From a virus (lineage: Duplodnaviria > Caudoviricetes), in the IMG/VR virus record IMGVR_UViG_3300038365_000080, positions 1 through 40,049 of that record: a stretch of 40,049 bases of DNA; one strand, written 5' to 3'. Every line of letters starts with the position of its first letter. Position 1 is the first letter of the stretch. Below the pieces are notes generated by a model that saw only the letters and a list, made by a program, of their open reading frames with translations, ran no database searches and was not told the origin of the DNA. Shown here piece after piece: positions 36,706 to 40,049 of the stretch. The translations under genes were made by a program, and so were the position numbers.

Positions 36706-37270
36706 CATAAGAGGGTGCAACGGTGCTGGTAAATCCACAATACCTATCTCTATGATGGATGACCCAAAGAGGGAGGTTATTGGTATTGAAGGAGGCAAAC
36801 GGCCCTATCTTACAGTATTCCCTACTTACGGCTGGGTTGCTCTAGGTACATACTTTAACAAGACTGGAGGCTTGGATACTTACAAGAATAACCTGGAGAC
36901 CAGACAAGCCCTGTTTGCAGCATTGAACTATACCGAAATGGATGTACTTATGGAAGGAGTCATAGCATCTACCATAAAATCGACCTATGTGGACTTATTT
37001 AGAGACTTGCAAAAAGACAGCTTTAAACGTAAAATTATCATAATGTCTTTCTTACCCCCAATAGAAACATGCTTGGAGCGTATATATCAACGAAATGGCA
37101 ATAAACCCATAAAAGAAGAACAAGTAAAAGGTAAGTGGAGAACAGTTGACCGAAATGTTGAATACTTCAGGCAGCAAGGTTTTACTTCTCTCAGGATTGA
37201 TACCTCCAGAGTTACCAAAGACCAGATGTTGCCACGATTCTTGAAAACCGTAGATAAATATAGGAGGTGA
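36689..37270 (+). CDS. P-loop kinase, candidate hydroxymethyl-pyrimidine DNA kinase
   Basis: VNIRGCNGAGKST, LG.Y....GG.D, V.MEG, C.ERI..RN; overlaps transferase gene end. Confidence 0.75.
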   Translation: MRVLVNIRGCNGAGKSTIPISMMDDPKREVIGIEGGKRPYLTVFPTYGWVALGTYFNKTGGLDTYKNNLETRQALFAALNYTEMDVLMEGVIASTIKSTYVDLFRDLQKDSFKRKIIIMSFLPPIETCLERIYQRNGNKPIKEEQVKGKWRTVDRNVEYFRQQGFTSLRIDTSRVTKDQMLPRFLKTVDKYRR

Positions 37271-37274
37271 GTCC

Positions 37275-37454
37275 ATGTCTAACAGAATTTCATTAACCCC
37301 AAAACCAGACAGAGACCAAAAGAACTACAGGTTAGCCAAAAGATTCCTACTAGCTTCAAGCATAGCCTTGGTACTAGCTGTGCTAGACCTTTATGTAATA
37401 AACATCAGCCCATACATTATTGCCTTTTACGTGGCTTGGAAGGTGATAAAGTGA
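37275..37454 (+). CDS. Small membrane protein (59 aa)
   Basis: AGGAGGTGA RBS; MSNRISL...FLLASSIALVLAVLDLYVINISPYIIAFYVAWKVIK. Confidence 0.65.
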   Translation: MSNRISLTPKPDRDQKNYRLAKRFLLASSIALVLAVLDLYVINISPYIIAFYVAWKVIK

Positions 37455-38077
37455 TACTAAAGCTGGATAAACACACATCCGGAGGTAATTATATTCCAGT
37501 AACAATACAAGTTAAGAGGGTAAAATCCTCTTTACTGTTGGAGTATCAGTGCGACTTGCCTACTCGCAATCTGAGATGTACAAAAGGTGATGGTTGTCCT
37601 AAGTATGGGGCAAGACCTTGTTGCCCTCCTAAAGCACCATTGTTTAGTCATCTTAAAACACGCAGATTTGTTTACCTTGTTATGGTTCAGATACGGACTG
37701 AAGACTATATCGCTATGCGGCCTAGTATGCCAGAAAACAAGAAAATATACTTTACTATGGGAGGCATCAAGATTATATCCGGTAAACTGGTAAACAAAAC
37801 AGTTAACCAATTTGAGGGCCAAAAATTCAAGTCTAGCGGTTGTGGAGGTTGCCAGTATTCTAAAACGGGTAAGTGCAAAGATTTTCAGCCTATGCTGGAG
37901 GGATTGGGTATAAATGTAGTAGAATTAACGAAAGACGTATTTGATTTTGATATACAATGGTTTATCAAAGGCTCCAGAGCTTTACCCGATATAATAACAG
38001 GCGTGGGCGGTATCTATACCGATGAAGTTATACCCAAATCAAAATTTAAGGAGGTAATTGAGAATGTTTGCCGTTAA
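37451..38077 (+). CDS. Cys-rich predicted metal-binding protein (DUF2284-like)
   Basis: C....CPKYG....CPP, GCGGC.....C, P.LEGLGINV..L motifs. Confidence 0.7.
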   Translation: MILKLDKHTSGGNYIPVTIQVKRVKSSLLLEYQCDLPTRNLRCTKGDGCPKYGARPCCPPKAPLFSHLKTRRFVYLVMVQIRTEDYIAMRPSMPENKKIYFTMGGIKIISGKLVNKTVNQFEGQKFKSSGCGGCQYSKTGKCKDFQPMLEGLGINVVELTKDVFDFDIQWFIKGSRALPDIITGVGGIYTDEVIPKSKFKEVIENVCR

Positions 38078-38525
38078 TATGTTAAAATTAGCAAGCACCT
38101 ACGCCAAATTACAGTCTGGATGTTTAAAGGTACAGGTTGGTTGCGTAATTGCCAGAGACAACAAAATATTAGCTCTAGGAGCAAATCGAACTATCCTAAA
38201 TCTATGTAAGACTTCTCGTGGTTGCCTAAGGGTAGAAAAGTATGGGGAAAATACAAAAGACCACCGCAATCCTGAAGATTGCCGGGCTATTCATTCAGAG
38301 ATTGATGCTATTTGTAATAGTCAAGGTAATCTGTATGGAGCTACTATGTACGTAACCCGATACCCTTGTGAGGCTTGTGCTAGAGCAATTATAGCTGCTG
38401 GCATAAGTAGAGTGGTATATGGTCGGGAACAAGAAATATCTCCTGAAACTGCCCGAATATTTGAACACTATAATGTGGACATAACCCATTATTGGGGATT
38501 TACAGAAGAGGACGTGAATTACTAA
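38064..38525 (+). CDS. dCMP deaminase-family protein
   Basis: S.C.K.QVG.VI, HSE.DAI, T.YPCEACA..I..AGI..V. Confidence 0.9.
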   Translation: MFAVNMLKLASTYAKLQSGCLKVQVGCVIARDNKILALGANRTILNLCKTSRGCLRVEKYGENTKDHRNPEDCRAIHSEIDAICNSQGNLYGATMYVTRYPCEACARAIIAAGISRVVYGREQEISPETARIFEHYNVDITHYWGFTEEDVNY

Positions 38526-38537
38526 GGGGGGAGAATT

Positions 38538-38867
38538 TTGGAAAAGTTGTTGAAGAGGGCCCAGAACACCTATGGTTACACTAATCAGATTACAGTAGCT
38601 ACTGAAGAGCTGTGTGAATTAGCTTGTGTGTTGGCTAAATATCCCCGGTATCATAACCATGAGGCTGCCTGTGCTGACCTAAGAGACAGAGTAGTTGATG
38701 AATTAGCTGACGTTACTGTAGTTAGTAAGCACGTACAGATGATTTTTGACATAACTGATGAAGAACTACAAGACCGAATTCAAGCAAAATTGGATAGATT
38801 GGAGCGTTGGCTGGATACAGATTCCTCCATGGAAACTACTGTAAAAGACCGTGAGGTGAGGGAATGA
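38538..38867 (+). CDS. MazG-like all-alpha nucleotide pyrophosphohydrolase
   Basis: YG...Q....EE..EL.....K, DELADV, K..R. Confidence 0.8.
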   Translation: MEKLLKRAQNTYGYTNQITVATEELCELACVLAKYPRYHNHEAACADLRDRVVDELADVTVVSKHVQMIFDITDEELQDRIQAKLDRLERWLDTDSSMETTVKDREVRE

Positions 38868-40049
38868 AACTCAAAGAGTTTAATTCCTTGCTGGGTCAAG
38901 ATTCTTATGTGCGTTGCCAGGGTAAAGAAAGGATTGACCCTGCCATAGTAGATGTAGATTCTGCTGAGAATCACATATTTTCTGGGGGAACAATAGGCTG
39001 GTGGATTAAAACAGGATACATAGTAGTGGATATAGATGAGGGTAAAGAACAAGCCCTGAAAATAATCAAGCAACTGGGCCTAAAAACCCTTATGGCTGAG
39101 ACTCCCAAGGGTATACACCTATACTTTAAATGCGACAAGGAGTACCCCCAAAAAATTGGTATGGTTCTACCTTGTGGGTTAAAGTGCGATTTCAGGTGTG
39201 CTAATAAAGGGTATGTAATATTGCCCTTCGGAATATCTGACAGGAAATTCAATAAAGTCAAAGAAGTCATAGATATGCCCCTGGAATTTACCCCTATACC
39301 CAACAGAAAAGAGTCCCTGCTGGGTAAGAAAGAGGGCGATGGCCGCAACTCTACCCTATTTGCCCATCTTATGGCTTATAAGCACAGGGGAGCCAGCAAT
39401 GACCAGATAGCTACTATGGCTGAAGTAATTAACAATACCATATTTGCTGAACCTATGGCGGAAGATGAGCTTAGTGGTATAGTGGATAATACCAAAAGAT
39501 ACCCAGCCCAGCCACAAGGAGACAACCCTTATCTGTTATATAACAGTAAAGGGATACCAAGTCAGCCCAACGCCAGAGCTATTGATGATTACTTTGTCAA
39601 TAAAGGTGATTTATTTGTACTGGGAGGCGATTGTTACCAATACCGGGAAGGAGTGTATACAGAGGCATCATCGTACATAAGAAATACCATAAAAGAGATG
39701 ATTGCCTATGACCCTCTGATAACTAATTCTCGTGTGGTAGAATGCTATCGTTTGTTGATAGATGATACCCGGATACAACGCAGAGCCTCAGACTTGAACT
39801 CAGATAAAAACCTGATAAATTTCAAGAACGGTGTATGGGATATAAAAAGAGGTAAGCTAATTGAGCACGATAGCAAATATCTACATACCGTACAGATACC
39901 CCACTCTGTCCTTAAATCGTCTAAGAAATGGGAAGATACCCACTTATATGACTTCTTGATTGATAAAGCACAATTAGACAAGCCAGAACTTGATATGTTG
40001 CTGGATTATATGGCATACTGCTTGACTCTTGATTATGGCCTGAAAACTT
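38855..40049 (+). repeat. Right copy of the imperfect terminal direct repeat
   Basis: Colinear with 1-1195. Confidence 0.95.
38864..40049 (+). CDS. Primase-helicase 5' part (truncated by window end), diverged allele of 10-1938
   Basis: ATG 38864 overlaps previous stop; colinear with 10-1195. Confidence 0.9.
   Translation, partial: MKLKEFNSLLGQDSYVRCQGKERIDPAIVDVDSAENHIFSGGTIGWWIKTGYIVVDIDEGKEQALKIIKQLGLKTLMAETPKGIHLYFKCDKEYPQKIGMVLPCGLKCDFRCANKGYVILPFGISDRKFNKVKEVIDMPLEFTPIPNRKESLLGKKEGDGRNSTLFAHLMAYKHRGASNDQIATMAEVINNTIFAEPMAEDELSGIVDNTKRYPAQPQGDNPYLLYNSKGIPSQPNARAIDDYFVNKGDLFVLGGDCYQYREGVYTEASSYIRNTIKEMIAYDPLITNSRVVECYRLLIDDTRIQRRASDLNSDKNLINFKNGVWDIKRGKLIEHDSKYLHTVQIPHSVLKSSKKWEDTHLYDFLIDKAQLDKPELDMLLDYMAYCLTLDYGLKT

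Noticed and set aside
1-40049. Integrated prophage or lysogeny module; tRNA genes
   Set aside because: No integrase, repressor, att-flanking host genes or tRNA cloverleaf recognised; the sequence closes into a circle
38855-40049. True physical direct terminal repeat of the virion DNA
   Set aside because: Copies are not identical, fall mid-gene, and a PBSX-type terminase suggests headful packaging

Overview
The window is an apparently complete, circularly permuted tailed-phage genome (siphovirus-like, unit length about 38,854 bp). The host is probably a Firmicute with an S-layer, judged from AGGAGG RBSs and SLH and copper-amine-oxidase-like cell-surface domains. The + strand (29.2-40 kb continuing into 1-8.2 kb) carries early, recombination, nucleotide-metabolism and replication genes (Cas4-like exonuclease, Sak4-like ATPase, SSB, primase-helicase, PolA, SNF2 helicase). 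The - strand (28.3 to 8.2 kb) carries an ArpU-like activator, terminase, portal, head, tail and lysis genes. No integrase or repressor is visible. Main highlights: (1) a DNA-hypermodification gene set (amino-acid:DNA transferase/aGPT-Pplase-like protein, adjacent P-loop kinase, Cys-rich DUF2284-like protein, dCMP deaminase, MazG-like pyrophosphatase, dNMP kinase, HAD phosphatase) whose thymidylate-synthase homologue carries the cytosine-selecting Asp, pointing to an unusual, possibly cytosine-based pathway; (2) three candidate self-cleaving ribozymes (two hammerheads, one twister-like) and a roughly 300-nt structured leader RNA in the early transcript; (3) a mosaic lysis region with an SLH-anchored serine protease fused to an amidase remnant and in-frame internal translation starts; (4) the two ends carry diverged alleles of the primase 5' region. 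All family assignments come from motif recognition by eye, not database searches.
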